From positions 32,984,001 to 33,048,000 of the forward strand of contig NC_082716.1 in assembly GCF_030144855.1 (NCBI RefSeq): a stretch of 64,000 bases of DNA, written 5' to 3'. This DNA is from Hypanus sabinus. Taxonomy: Eukaryota. Shown here piece by piece: positions 39,371 to 52,700 of this stretch. The notes below the pieces were generated by a model. It searched no databases. It saw only the letters and a list, made by a program, of their open reading frames with translations, and was not told where the DNA came from. Every line of letters starts with the position of its first letter. Positions within the stretch are counted from its first letter, which is position 1. The translations under genes were made by a program, and so were the position numbers.

Positions 39371-39794
39371 GATTAATACAAGGATTCACTGCAATTGTAT
39401 AAAATTGGAGAAGCCAGGTCTGGGACCAGTGATGATACTCCTAACTCGGAGTTTCTATAACATGAAGAATTAATAGCTTCGAGTTCCCAATCAAAACCCT
39501 ACAATTGCATTCCACTTCCTTAAGTAACTCAGGATTTGTTGGTACCTGACTGGATCTTGAACATTACTTACTTTTGGAGAATAGACAGTCCGGATATTAT
39601 TGTCAATTTTGCTTTTACCAGATTAGGTTTGCTGCTCTTTGGTCTGTTGTGGATTAATCTAATATATAGATTAACTTTATTAATTATATTTTGTATTCTT
39701 CACTTACCTCATTTGTTCAAAACCTAAATGCCTTGTTTTCTCCATCTGGGCTCACTCACTCCAGCGACCATCCTTTTCATCTTTTCTTTAATTT

Positions 39795-40025
39795 GGAGAT
39801 ACCGCATGGTAGTAGGCTCTTCTATCCCAATTAGGCCCCACTGCCCAACTGCACCCATGTGACCAGTGACCTTACTAATCCATACGTCATTTGAATGTAG
39901 GAGGAAACTGGAGCACATGGAGGAAACCCATGCTGTCATGGGGGGATGTACAAACTCCTACAGTCAGTGGTGGAACGGAATCCGTGTTGTTGGTGCTGTT
40001 ACTAACTGCTGTGTTGCCATGCTTT
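39795..40025 (-). mobile_element. V-SINE-like element
   Basis: GGAGGAAACTGGAGCACATGGAGGAAACCCATGC...TGTACAAACTCC is the reverse complement of the V-domain core. Confidence 0.75.
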
Positions 40026-40149
40026 TAACTTTGCCTGCACTGATGATAATTTCTGCATCTAATGATAGAGTTGGTTACAGTAGTCTGGGCAATGAATATC
40101 TCAGCACCTAGTCTCTTAGTTACTGGAGAATAGTTGATAATTTAAACTA

Positions 40150-40692
40150 GCAAAACACCTAATAAAAGTCTGGATAGGCCACATTTGGCACATTGCATTC
40201 TCTTCATGTTGTCCCTTTGTAAAGAAGATGTGGAGGCTCTGGAGAGTGTACAGAAGAGATTTGCCAAGATGATGGCTGGATCAGAGTGATATGTTACACG
40301 AAGAGGTTGTAAAAATGTGGATTGCTTTCTCAGGAGTGTCTGAAGATGAGGGAGACCTGGTGGAAGTTGTAAGAAAGCCATAGATAGAGTAGGCAGCCAG
40401 ATATATGAGGTGAGGGGGCAGGGGTAATTCTGAAAGAGATGTGTGGGCCGCTTCATTTTTTAAACCCCAGTAATGGTTTCCTGAAATGTTGAGACGGCAG
40501 TGACAGAATAGAAGTGATCAAAAGGCTCTTAGATAGCACACAAATGTGCAGAGAGTGGAGGGATATGGGCATTGTATAGGCAGAAGGATTCAGCACAGTT
40601 AAGACACTTAAATACCAGTTTAATTTGTTCTATCCAACATGGCCTGTTCCTGTATATACTATTCTATGTTCTATACTATTCTATGTTCTATA
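40150..40692 (+). mobile_element. CR1 LINE 3' fragment
   Basis: RPHLAHCI...DVEALESVQKRFAKM; (TTCTATG)-type tail duplicated at 40655-40692. Confidence 0.75.
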
Positions 40693-40890
40693 CCGTATAA
40701 CTAAGTTACTTGGTTCCTAAAATAATTCAGATTAGTAAAAAACATTTCCTAGAGTGGCTTTTTCTGCAGATACAAACAATGCCTGTAAGCTTCTACACTG
40801 AAACACTGCATCAGCAAACCCAGGCCAGTCCCTTACATTGTTATGCTACCAACCTATATTGCATAAGTGCTGACTCTCTTCCTCTTCCAG

Positions 40891-41124
40891 CTCCTGTGAA
40901 CAGGCTACACAGTATGAGCAAACTCTTCATAACTACGAGAAGGACCACTTAACAGTAAGCAGTGAGCTGCCAGATGTGCATGCCCCTCTTACCTCACTCC
41001 AACCTGAACAGTTGGACGGAGAGGGTCACTCATCCCTGAAGGCAGAAGTTCTGGTCCACAAAGACTCTGGGAATGAAGGAGAAACGTGCTCCAGCTGGAA
41101 TGACATAACAGTTTTTGATGGAAA
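40891..41124 (+). CDS. BSND: Barttin exon 3 (234 nt)
   Basis: Acceptor ctctcttcctcttccag; SCEQATQYEQTLHNYEK and LKAEVLVHKDSGNEGE match recalled human EEAAYDQSL and MEAAVVIHKGSDESEGE; donor AA|gtgagt; phase 2-2; missed by the ORF track. Confidence 0.88.
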
Positions 41125-41159
41125 GTGAGTTCTCCTTTTTAAAGTGCTTTTTACATTTC

Positions 41160-41372
41160 ATGCACCTCACCCCACCTACCTACCTACACCCTCACCTGGT
41201 TCCCCCATCACCTGCCAGTTTGTACTCCTTCCCCTCCCACCACTTTCTTATTCTGGCTTCTTCCCCCTTTTCCAGTCCTGATGAAAGGTCTGGATCCAAA
41301 ACGAAAGTTGTTTATTCCTCTCCATACAAGCTGCCTGACTTGCTGAGTTCCTCCAGCATTTTGTGGGTGTTA
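41160..41372 (+). mobile_element. Penelope 3' terminal fragment in BSND intron 3
   Basis: CCAGTCCTGATGAAAGGTCT...GCTGAGTTCCTCCAGCATTTTGTG. Confidence 0.75.
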
Positions 41373-41946
41373 AACTTCATTTCCTTTTTCTCCTGGTTGT
41401 GCATCTTGCTAAATGAACACCATTTCCCAACTAAGCCTGAACCACTTACCAGATTCAAATTGACTGTTGAAGTTGTAAAATTTGGGGGGGGGGAAAGAAA
41501 CTAATTTCAAAAACAAAAAGTGGCTTAATCACGTCATGTTCAGGAAATGTTACATATCACATTGATAATAATAATATTGAAAGAGACCTTTATCAAGATC
41601 TCTACTTCAAATTTAGAGTTTGAAAACTCCGAAATAATCCATTCCAGCCAGTAATTATTCTCACTGTCAGATTTAGAGTCCAGGACGTGTTTTCACAGTT
41701 CAGAAGCAGGAGTCATTTCCAAAAGGAAATTGAGTATTACTTGTGGGGTTGACTAATATTGCCTGTAAGTCCATGAGTTTGGTGTTTAAAGAAGATGTAG
41801 GACTTGCATTAACGCATACCCCTGAGACCCAAAGCATATTTATATCCAATACACACAGATTTATTTAATCATCTCCTAGCGAGGTATCAACTGACAAATT
41901 CAAAGTTCATGTAAAGTTTCACTGGCTTTTCTCTGTCCATTTACAG

Positions 41947-42319
41947 AAAGGCAGGAGGGTACATAATAGCTCCACTTGCCACCTTCCAAGAGGACAGTGG
42001 AATGGTCAGCTCCTCTCCCTCGAACAACTTGTCCCTCCTCGGCTACAAGTCATCTTGTTCTAGAAGCGAAGGACAGAGCCACCCAATTCAGAGTGAAAGT
42101 GCCACCAGTGACAGCTGGAGTCTGCGTACCCAGCCAGCTGCCAGCGTCTCTGGGAGTAACCAGAGAGATGTCACAAGCACTGAGCGATCAACATCCGACG
42201 AGAGTCAGAAAAGAGGCGGCCATATGGAAGATGAAATGTTTTATGGGATATGTGATGAAAGGAATCATATTTTTGAAGAATCTGAACAAGAAGTATATTA
42301 CACTGAAATTCCCATGTAA
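41947..42319 (+). CDS. BSND: Barttin exon 4, terminal (373 nt including stop)
   Basis: Acceptor catttacag; APLATFQEDSGM and EDEMFYGICD match recalled human APLASFQDDLDM and EEDLYYGLPD; total CDS 885 nt = 294 aa + stop. Confidence 0.9.
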
Positions 42320-42644
42320 AGTACACACTTGCTTCTGTTATTTATTAATTCTTGAAGTTCCCTTCAAGAATATCCCCTCCACCTGAAAATGTAAGAAATT
42401 GCAGGGATTTTTTCAGAACACCTTCAGAATTCTCCATTGGTGATACACATTATAACGTTACATTTCGCAATAAGAATTTGCCTTGCAAAATGTTGATGTG
42501 TGCAATTTGCTGGCTGATCTGGTTCATATTTAAGCCTGAAGTTCTTTCTTTACTAATTGATAGGGCTAAATATTGAAAAACAATAATAATAACCCTAGTT
42601 AGCATCCCTGAACTGCAGCAAAGGCTAATTCAAGTGTTAATTAA

Positions 42645-42650
42645 AATAAA
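42645..42650 (+). terminator. Candidate BSND polyadenylation signal
   Basis: First canonical AATAAA seen after the stop, 326 nt downstream and before the repeats begin. Confidence 0.4.
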
Positions 42651-42757
42651 CTGGTGAAATTGAAGTTCTTTAAAACCTTTTTACAGCTCAAGGTCTGATA
42701 GGAGCAGTATCTGAATGTGTTGAACTGAGTGACTTGCCACTTCAGATGGCATTTAGT

Positions 42758-43300
42758 CCATGGCACAAAGGAGCCGAATTAGGCCTTTCAGGCCATCAAA
42801 TTTGTTCCGCCATTCCATCATGTCTAATTTATTTTCTCTCTCAAACCCATTCTCCTGCCTTCTCCCCATAAACTCTGACATCCTAACTAAGCAAGAATCT
42901 ATCAGTCCTCTTTAGATATTCTCAAAGTCTTGGCCTTCACAGCATCTGCGGCAATGAATTCCACAGATACATTACACTCTGGCTAAAGAAATTCCTCCAC
43001 ATCTCTGATCTAAATGGATCTCCCTATATTCTGAGGCAGAAGCTCCTGATCCAAAACTTGCCCATTATAGGAAACATATTCACTCTATCTAGGTCTTTCA
43101 ATATTCAATGAGTTTCAGTGAGACTCCCCCTATTCTTCACTCTTCATGCATTAACTCTTTTACCTGGAGTAATTCTCGTAACCCTTTCCAATGGCAGCAC
43201 ATAATTTCTTAGATAAAGGGGCCAAATCTGCTCACAATACTCCAGGGGTGCAGTCTAACCAATGCCTTATGAAGTCTCAGCATTACTTCTTTGCTGTTAT
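42758..43300 (-). mobile_element. Older CR1 3' fragment; continues at 47491-47615
   Basis: Collinear with other CR1 copies; interrupted at ...TTGCTGTTAT and resumes at ATTCTAGGCCTCTC. Confidence 0.75.
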
Positions 43301-43307
43301 TGTATAT

Positions 43308-46300
43308 TAGACCATAAGACACAGGAGTAGCATTAGGCCATTCAGCCCATCAAGTCTGCTCCAACATTTGAACATGGTGAATACATTTCCCCCTCAACCC
43401 CTTTCTTGTGCCTAGACTTACCTTCCATGCCCTGGCTTATCAAAAATCTATCAAACTCTGCCTTAAAACACTCAATGACCGAGGCTTCACAGTTGCCTGT
43501 GGCAACAAAATTCCACAGACTCGAAGAAATTCCTCCTCATCTCTGTTCTAAATGGATGTCCCTTTATTCTGAGGTTGTGCCCTCTTGTCCTGGACTCCCC
43601 CACAGGAGAAAACATCTTCTCCACATCAACTTTTGTCTTGGCCTTTCAACATTCGAAAGGCTTCAATGAGGACCCCCCCCCCCCCACCCTTTTCATTTCC
43701 GGAATCATTTTCGTGAACCTCCTTTGAACCCTCTCCAATGTCAGCACATCCTTTCTGAGAGAAGGAGCCCAAAACTACTCAAATTACTCCAAGTGAGGCC
43801 TCACTGGTGCCTTATTGCCATACCTCAGCATTACATCCTTGTTTTTATATTCTTTTCCACTCTGTGAATGCTAACAGTGCATTTGCCTTCCTGACCACTG
43901 ACTCTACCTGCAAGTTAACCTTTAGGGAATCCTACATGAGAACTCCTAAGTCTCTCTGCACCTCAGATCTTTTAATGTTCTCCCTGTTTAGAAAATTGTC
44001 TACGCTTTTATTCCTTTGCCAAAGTGCATGACCATACACTTCTAGGCACAGTATTCCATCTCTGTCCATTTTCTTAATCTGTTTAAGTCTTTCTGTGTCC
44101 TCCTTGCTCCCTCAACATTAACTGCTTCTCTCCCTATCCTTGTATCATTTGCAAACTTGGCTACAAAGCCATCAATTCTGTCATCTAAAGCATTGACATG
44201 CAACTTCAAAAGAAGCGGTCCCAAATCTGACCCCTGCAGGACACCAGTAGTCACTGGCAGACAATCAGAAAAGGCTCTCTATTCCCACTCGCTGCCTCCT
44301 GCCAAGTAGCCAATGCCCTATCCAGGCTAGTATATTTCAGACCCTGGGCTTTTATCTTTCTAAGTAGCCTCATGTGTATCACCTTGTCAAAGCGCTTTTG
44401 AAAATCCAAATACGCGACATCCACCAATTCTCTTTTGTTTGTCCTGCTTATTATTGCTTCAACGAATTCCAACAGATTTATCAGGCAAGATTTTTCCTTA
44501 AGGAAACCATACTGAATTTGGCCCGTTTTATCATGTGCCTCCAAGTACCTCAAAACCTCGTCCTTAGTAATCGGCTCCAACTGGCCTATAATTTGCTTTC
44601 TTCTGCCTCTCTCCCTTCTTGAAGAGTGTAGAGACACTTGCGATTTTCATTCTGGAGGAATGCCAAAATCTTGTGATTCTTGAAAGACTATTACTAAAGG
44701 CTCTTCAACTACTTCTTTCAGAACCTTTGTGCATAGACCAATGGGTCCAGGGGACTTATCTACCTTCATACCTTTCAGCTTCCCAAGCACCGATCCCTAG
44801 TAATTGCGACTGTACTCGTTTCTGCCCAGTGACACACTTGAATGCTTGACATCTTCCACAGTGAAGACTGATGCAAAATACTTACTCAGTTCATCCACAA
44901 TTTCTTTGTCCCCCATTACTACTTCTCCAGTGTCATTGTCCAGCAGTTCAATATCTACTCTCGCCTCTCTTTTACTCTTCATATATCTGAAAAAAACTTT
45001 TGCTATCCTCTTTAATATTATTGGTTAGCTTTTCTTCTTATTTCATCTTTTCATTCCTTATAGCCTTTTCAGTTGCCTTCTGTTGGTTTGTAAAAGCTTC
45101 CCAATCCTTTAACTTACACTAATTTTTGCTCTGTTATATGCCCTCTCTTTTTAATTTTATTTTGGCTTAGACTTCCCCTGTCAGCCACAATGGTGTCATC
45201 ATCCTTTAGAATACTTCCTCTTCTTCTTTGGGATATATCTATCCTGCAATTCTAGCCGCTGCTGCTCTGCCATCATCGCTGCTAGTGTTCCCTTCTAATC
45301 AACTTTGTCAGCTCCTCTCTCATGCTTCTGTAATTCCCTTTACTCCACTGTAATACTGATACATCTGACTTTAGATCCTTCCTCTCAAATTTCAGGGTAA
45401 AGTCCATCATATTATGACCACTGGCTCCTAACGGTTTCTTTACCTTAAGCTCCCTAATCATATCTGGTTCATTACATAAAATCTAATCTAGAGTTGCTGA
45501 TCTCTGTAGTGGGCTCAACCACAAACTGCTCTAAAAAGCCATCTCGTTGTCATTTTACAAATTTTGTCTCTTGGAATGCAAAATCAGCAGCAGCCTGGTT
45601 TTTCCAATCTACTTGCATATTGAAACCACCCCCCCCCCAATTGCCCTTTTGCCATGCATTTTTTATCTCTAGTTGTAATTTGTAGCCCACATCCTGGCTA
45701 CTGTTTGGAGGCCAGTATATAACTCCCATCAGGGTCTTTTTACCCTTGCAATTCCTTAACTCTACCAACAACGATTCTATGTCTATGGGCCCTCTGTCAC
45801 CTCTTTCTAAGGATATGATTTAATTTTTTTACCAACAGAGTTACACCACCCCCATTGCTGACCTGCCTGCTTTCAATACAATGTGTATCCTTGGATGTTA
45901 AACTTCCAACTATCATCTTCTTTCAACTGCAACTCAGTGATACCCACTACATCATACCTGCCAATCTCTAACTGTGCTACAAGATTATTTACCTAATTTT
46001 GTATTCAGCTTATATTCCAGTATAAAACCTTCGGTCCTGTGTACGTCACCCTTTTTGATTTTGTTCCCCTGTTACACTGCAAATCATTCTGCCAACTGCA
46101 ATTTTGCCATATCTGCCTGTCATTCCCAACAGTCTCTCTCCACACTGCTCCTGCTTGTATACCAACTGCCCCACCCTCAGCCCCATCACTCAGTTTCCCA
46201 TCCCCTGCCAAACGAGTTTAAACCCTCCCCAGCAGTTCTAGTAACCAGCCCACAAGGATATTGGTCCCCCTTGGGTTCAGGTGTAATGCGTCCCTTTTGT

Positions 46301-47490
46301 ACAGGTCATATTTTACCCAGAAGAGATCCCAATGATCCAGAAATCTGAAACTCTGCACCAGTTCCTCAGCCACACATTCATCTGCCACATCATCCTATTT
46401 TTACCCTCACTGGCATGTGGCACAGGCAGCAATCCAGAGATACTCACCCTGGAGGTCCTGCTTTTCAGCTTTCTGCCTGTATTCTCTCTTCAGGACCTCC
46501 TCCCTTTTCCTACCTATGTCAATGGTGCCAAAATGTACCAGGACTTCTGGCTGCTCACCCTGCCTCTTTCGAATGCTGTGGACCCGATTCAAGACACCCC
46601 TGACCCTGGCACCTGGGAGGCAACATATCAACTAGGTGTCTCTGTCATGTCCACAGGATCTTGTGTCTACTCCTCTAACTATTACATCCTCTATCATTAC
46701 TGCAGTCCTCTTCTCCCCTCTTCCCTTCTGAGCCACAGCACCAGACTTAGACCAGAGACCCAGTTGCTACGGCTTCCCCAGTGGTTGCTCCTCCCCAACC
46801 AGAAGTATCCAAAACGGTACACTTATTATTGAGGGGGTCGACGGCGGGGGTGCTCTGCATTTGCCGCCCATTTCCTGACAGTCACCAGGTACCCATCTCC
46901 TGCAGCTTCAGGATTATCAACTCCACGTAGCTCCTCCTCAGTTTCCTTTAAGAACCAAAGGTCATCAAACTGCAGCTCCAGTTCCTTAACATGTTCTTTG
47001 AGGAGCTGCAGCTGATGTGGTTATCCAGGAGACTGGAGTTCTCTCAGAATTCCCACAATTCACACAATGAACACAACACAAGCCCCTAGAGGCATTCTCT
47101 TTGCAGTAACTATACATTAACGCGGGAAGAATGAAGAAGGAAGAACTTACCAGATACTTACCTTCTTACTGAAGCCTGATGAGCCAAAGCCTCCCCACTC
47201 CAACACTGGTCCACTCACACAACGGCCGCTCCACTTGTCCCTGCCTTATTTTTATTTTTCCTGGCTGATGAATCACAATTTGATTGGGCCACTGGGAAAT
47301 GCCGGAAGTCCATGAATACCCCTTTGTAAATCTCTCTCACTGAACTGTCAGTAGCTTCTCTCTCGTTCCTGATATGACGGGGCCACCAGAACGATGCTGA
47401 AATCCTGAGAATGCTCCTTTTATAAGTCTCACTCACAGACCTGTGAGTTGTCTCCCCTCTCGTTCCCAACTCGACTGGACTGCCAGAAAA
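43308..47490 (-). mobile_element. Near full-length decayed CR1 LINE (5' UTR, ORF1 with SGNH-esterase-like domain, APE-RT ORF2, 3' tail)
   Basis: ORF1 CCLPGARVR...EVLVHFGTIDIGR; APE VELRNCKGKKTLMGVIYWPP, GGFN; RT GVLQGSDLGPLL, AKFANDT. Confidence 0.9.
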
Positions 47491-49469
47491 ATTCTAGGCC
47501 TCTCAAATTGAATGCTAGCATTGCATTTGCCTTCTTTATCAATGACTCAACCTGTAAGTTAACATAAGGAAATTCTGCACAAGGACTCCCAGGTCCCTTT
47601 GCATCTTTGATTTTTAATTTACGGATAATCCACGTTTCTGGGTCAGGAGTCTTCTGTAGGCCAGACCAGACAAGGGTGGCAAATTTCCTCACCTGATGGT
47701 AATTGAAATGGGCTTTTATGATAATCTGAAAGTTTTTGAGGTTATCATTACCAATGCCCTTTTTACCATTTCTTCCATCATAACTACAGAAATGGTGATC
47801 TTTGGTCTTGAAATTATTATTTGATCACTTTGCAATTTGTAGATAAACATTAAACAATGAACAGCCATATTCCTCTCTTTTCCCCTGGGAGGTCATAGAA
47901 AATTCCTCCTTTTTTATTGCCACCAATACAAGGCCACAGGGGAATATTTTGTGCTTCCTGTCTCAATTTTATGATTAAAAAACCAGAATATATTGGAAAT
48001 GCTCTGCAGGTCTGGCAGCATCGATGGGGAGAGAAACACACTTAATATTTGAGGTCAATTACCCTCCTTCAAAAATTAAAAATGTATATATATATGAACT
48101 TGCAGAAAGGTGGTGTTGGTGGTGGACTGGTTTTGGGGGGTTTGAAGAGAATAAAGGGAACCTCTCTCATTGGGAAAAAAATTGGGAACAGATGAGGGTT
48201 TCCCACTAGAGGGCGCTAAAGGACAATTAATGGCAACAAATCAGAATCAGGTTTATTTCGAATTAGAATCATAAATAAGGTGTAAAAGGAGAGTAAACAG
48301 AAGTGTGAATAAATTATCCTGTTGGAACTGTGAGGTATAGAACACAGCAGTTGCTAAAAATCTGTTAGCTTTAACATCAACCGCTGGGAAAATGTTAGGA
48401 AAATGTTACAGCAGAGTATGGGGAAAAATTCAAGGCAATCAGACTTATGGCTTTGTGAAGGGAAATCGTGTTTAACCCATTTATTTGAGTACTTTCAGAT
48501 ACAATGAGTACTGTGTCACAGGGATCAGTGCTGGGGCCTCAATGTTCTATATAAATGACTGCTAGGTTGCTGATGACATAAAGATAGATTGTGTGGGAGT
48601 AGGGAGGAAATATGTATTCCTTCCAACACTCTTGACTCGACGACTGAGTAGCCTACTCTAGCTCCAAAGTCATATAGGTCATTCCGAACTCGGTTTCTCT
48701 ATCCACACATGCTGCCAGACCTTCTGAGTATCTCTACAGTTTGTTTTATTTCAGATTTCATACACTTGCAGCTGTTTGGTACCAATTCTATCCCAGTCCC
48801 AATTTGCCTTAAGGTCACAAGTTGTTGGAATTGAAAAACCCCAACTTTTTAAAAAAAAAATTCTTTCTATTACTTAAGTATAGCTGTTGTTCTGTTACAA
48901 TTAGTATAACATGTTCTATTTTGATTGGAACTGAATGAAGAGAAAATAAAGTCATCTAAGCCAATTAATACTTCTAGAGAGTTATATTAAACAAGCTGGA
49001 AACACCGGCTTATTAAAATCAAATGGTTCATTGGAAGAGTGTGACATTATGCAAATAAAATGCATTTCAAATATTCTTCACTTTATTTACCTGAAAGTTT
49101 TATGGTATTAGTTTTTTGATATGGTTTCATGTCATTGGAATGTCAGGCTCCCTACTAAAAAGTCATGAGAAAATAAATGCTATGGGAGATATTGCCTGTC
49201 ATCTGTAATATAGAAAGAGGAATGCAAGAAAATGAAATTGCACATGCAAAGGGATGGGAAATGAGCATATTGATTATCCAGCCTCTCCCATTGGGAGTTA
49301 GTAGAAGATGGATCTTCTTTTTGAGAACTTCCTTAAAAATATTCACTTTAATTCAGGCAATAACTTCACGTTTGAACAGTGTGCAGCAACTCAGGATGCA
49401 TTGCTACATTAAATGTTTAATGAAAACAAAGGATAAATGTTTTGCAAGTTAAGTTAATACCTTTTAAAA

Positions 49470-49655
49470 CCCCCTCATTCTCCCATTGTTTGCTGGTTTA
49501 TTTTCCTAGCTAGCTATCAACTTCCAGTTAGCCTCCTCCCCTCAACTCCACCTTTTTATTCTGGCATCTTCCCCCTTCCTTCTCAGTCTCGATGAAGGGT
49601 CTCGGCATTTCCATAGATGCTGCTTGACCTGCTGAGTTCCTCCACCATTTTCTCT
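49470..49655 (+). mobile_element. Penelope 3' terminal fragment
   Basis: CAGTCTCGATGAAGGGTCTCGGC...GCTGAGTTCCTCCACCATTTT. Confidence 0.7.
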
Positions 49656-49710
49656 TGGTTGCCCTGAGATCAGTTGTCATTCCCATCAGTCTTCAGGTCC
49701 TTCTCCAGCG

Positions 49711-52700
49711 ACACAACGTCCCTCACCGTATGGAGATGCCACATCCACAATATCCCTCATCGTATGGAAATGCCAAATCCGCAATGTCCCTCATCGTATG
49801 GAGATGCCACATCCACAATATCCCTCACCGTATGGAGATGCCACATCCACAATGTCCCTCACTGTATGGAGATGCCACATCCACAATATCCCTCACTGTA
49901 TGGAGATGCCACATCCACAATATCCCTCACCGTATGGAGATGCCACATCCACAATATCCCTCATCGTATGGAGATGCCACATCCACAATATCCCTCATCG
50001 TATGGAGATGCCACATCCACAATGTCCCTCATCGTATGGAAATGCGAAATCCACAATATCCCTCATCGTATGGAAATGCCAAATCCACAATATCCCTCAC
50101 TGTATGGAGATGCCACATCCACAATATCCCTCACTGTATGGAGATGCCACATCCACAATATCCCTCACTGTATGGAGATGCCACATCCACAATGTCCCTC
50201 ACCATATGCAAATGCCAAATCCACAATATCACTCACTGTATGGAGATGCCACATCCACAATATCCCTCACCGTATGGAAATGCCAAATCCACAATATCCC
50301 TCACCGTATGGAGATGCCACATCCACAATATCCCTCACCGTATGAAAATGCCAAATCCACAATATCCCTCACCATATGGAGATGCCACATCCACAATATC
50401 CCTCATCGTATGGAGATGCCAAATCCACAATATCCCTCACCGTATGGAGATGCCACATCCACAATGTCCCTTACCGTATGGAGATGCCAAATCCACAATA
50501 TCCCTCATCGTATGGAGATGCCAAATCCACAATGTCCCTCATCGTATGGAAATGCCAAATCCACAATATCCCTCACCGTATGGAGATGCCAAATCCGCAA
50601 TGTCCCTCACCGTATGGAGATGCCACATCCACAATGTCCCTCACCGTATGGAGATGCCAAATCCGCAATGTCCCTCATCGTATGGAGATGCCAAATCCAC
50701 AATGTTCCTCACTGTATGGAGATGCCAAATCCGCAATATCCCTCATCATATGGAGATGCCAAATCCGCAATGTCCCTCATCGTATGGAGATGCCAAATCC
50801 GCAATGTCCCTCACCGTATGGAGATGCCAAATCCGCAATGTCCCTCACCATTTGGAGATGCCAAATCCACAATATCCCTCACTGTATGGAGATGCCAAAT
50901 CCACAATATCCCTCACCGTATGGAGATGCCACATCCACAATATCCCTCACCGTATGGAGATGCCACATCCACAATGTCCCTCACTGTATGGAGATGCCAC
51001 ATCCACAATATCCCTCACTGTATGGAGATGCCACATCCACAATATCCCTCATCGTATGGAGAAGCCACATCCACAATATCCCTCATCGTATGGAGATGCC
51101 ACGTCCACAATGTCCCTCATCGTATGGAAATGCCAAATCCACAATATCCCTCATCGTATGGAGATGCCACATCCACAAAGTCCCTCACTGTATGGAGATG
51201 CCACATCCACAATATCCCTCACTGTATGGAGATGCCACATCCACAATATCCCTCACCGTATGGAGATGCCACATCCACAATATCCCTCACTGTATGGAGA
51301 TGCCACATCCACAATATCCCTCATCGTATGGAGATGCGACATCCACAATATCCCTCACTGTATGGAGATGCCACATCCACAATATCCCTCACTGTATGGA
51401 GATGCCACATCCACAATATCCCTCACCGTATGGAGATGCCACATCCACAATATCCCTCACTGTATGGAGATGCCACATCCACAATGTCCCTCACCGTATG
51501 GAGATGCCACATCCACAATATCCCTCACTGTATGGAGATGCCACATCCACAATATCCCTCACTGTATGGAGATGCCACATCCACAATGTCCCTCATTGTA
51601 TGGAAATGCCAAATCCACAATATCCCTCACTGTATGGAGATGCCACATCCAAAATGTCCCTCACCATATGGAAATGCCAAATCCACAATATCACTCACCG
51701 TATGGAGATGCCTCATCCACAATGTCCCTCACCGTATGGAGATGCCACATCCACAATGTCCCTCATCATATGGAGATGCCACATCCGCAATGTCCCTCAC
51801 CGTATGGAGATGCCAAATCCGCAATGTCCCCCACCGTATGGAGATGCCAAATCCGCAATGTCCCTCATCGTATGGAGATGCCAAATCCACAATGTTCCTC
51901 ACCGTATGGAGATGCCACATCCGCAATGCCCCTCACCGTATGGAGATGCCAAATCCACAATGTCCCTCACCGTATGGAGAAGCCAAATCCACAATATCCC
52001 TCACCGTATGGAGATGCCAAATCCACAATGTCCCTCACCGTATGGAGATGCCAAATCCACAATATCCCTCATCGTATGGAGATGCCAAATCCACAATGTC
52101 CCTCATCGTATGGAAATGCCAAATCCACAATATCCCTCATCGTATGGAGATGCCACATCCACAATGTCCCTCACCGTATGGAGATGCCACATCTGCAATG
52201 TCCCTCATCGTATGGAGATGCCACATCCACAATGTCCCTCACCGTATGGAGATGCCAAATCCGCAATGTCCCCCACCGTATGGAGATGCCAAATCCGCAA
52301 TGTCCCTCATCGTATGGAGATGCCAAATCCGCAATGTCCCTCACCGTATGGAGATGCCAAATCCACAATATCCCTCACCGTATGGAGGTGCCAAATCCCC
52401 AATGTCCCTCACCGTAAGGAGATGCCAAATCCACAATATCCCTCACCGTATGGAGATGCCAGATCGATAATATCCCTCAACGTATGGAGATGCCACATCC
52501 ACAATATCCCTCATCGTATGGAGATGCCAAATCCACAATGTCCCTCACCGTATGGAGATGCCACATCCACAATATCCCTCATCGTATGGAGATGCCACGT
52601 CCACAATGTCCCTCATCGTATGGAAATGCCAAATCCACAATATCCCTCATCGTATGGAGATGCCACATCCACAATGTCCCTCACTGTATGGAGATGCCAC

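Noticed and set aside
40770-40890. Alternative upstream acceptor for BSND exon 3
   Set aside because: In phase 2 it reads YKQCL then stop, and it is out of frame with the conserved exon
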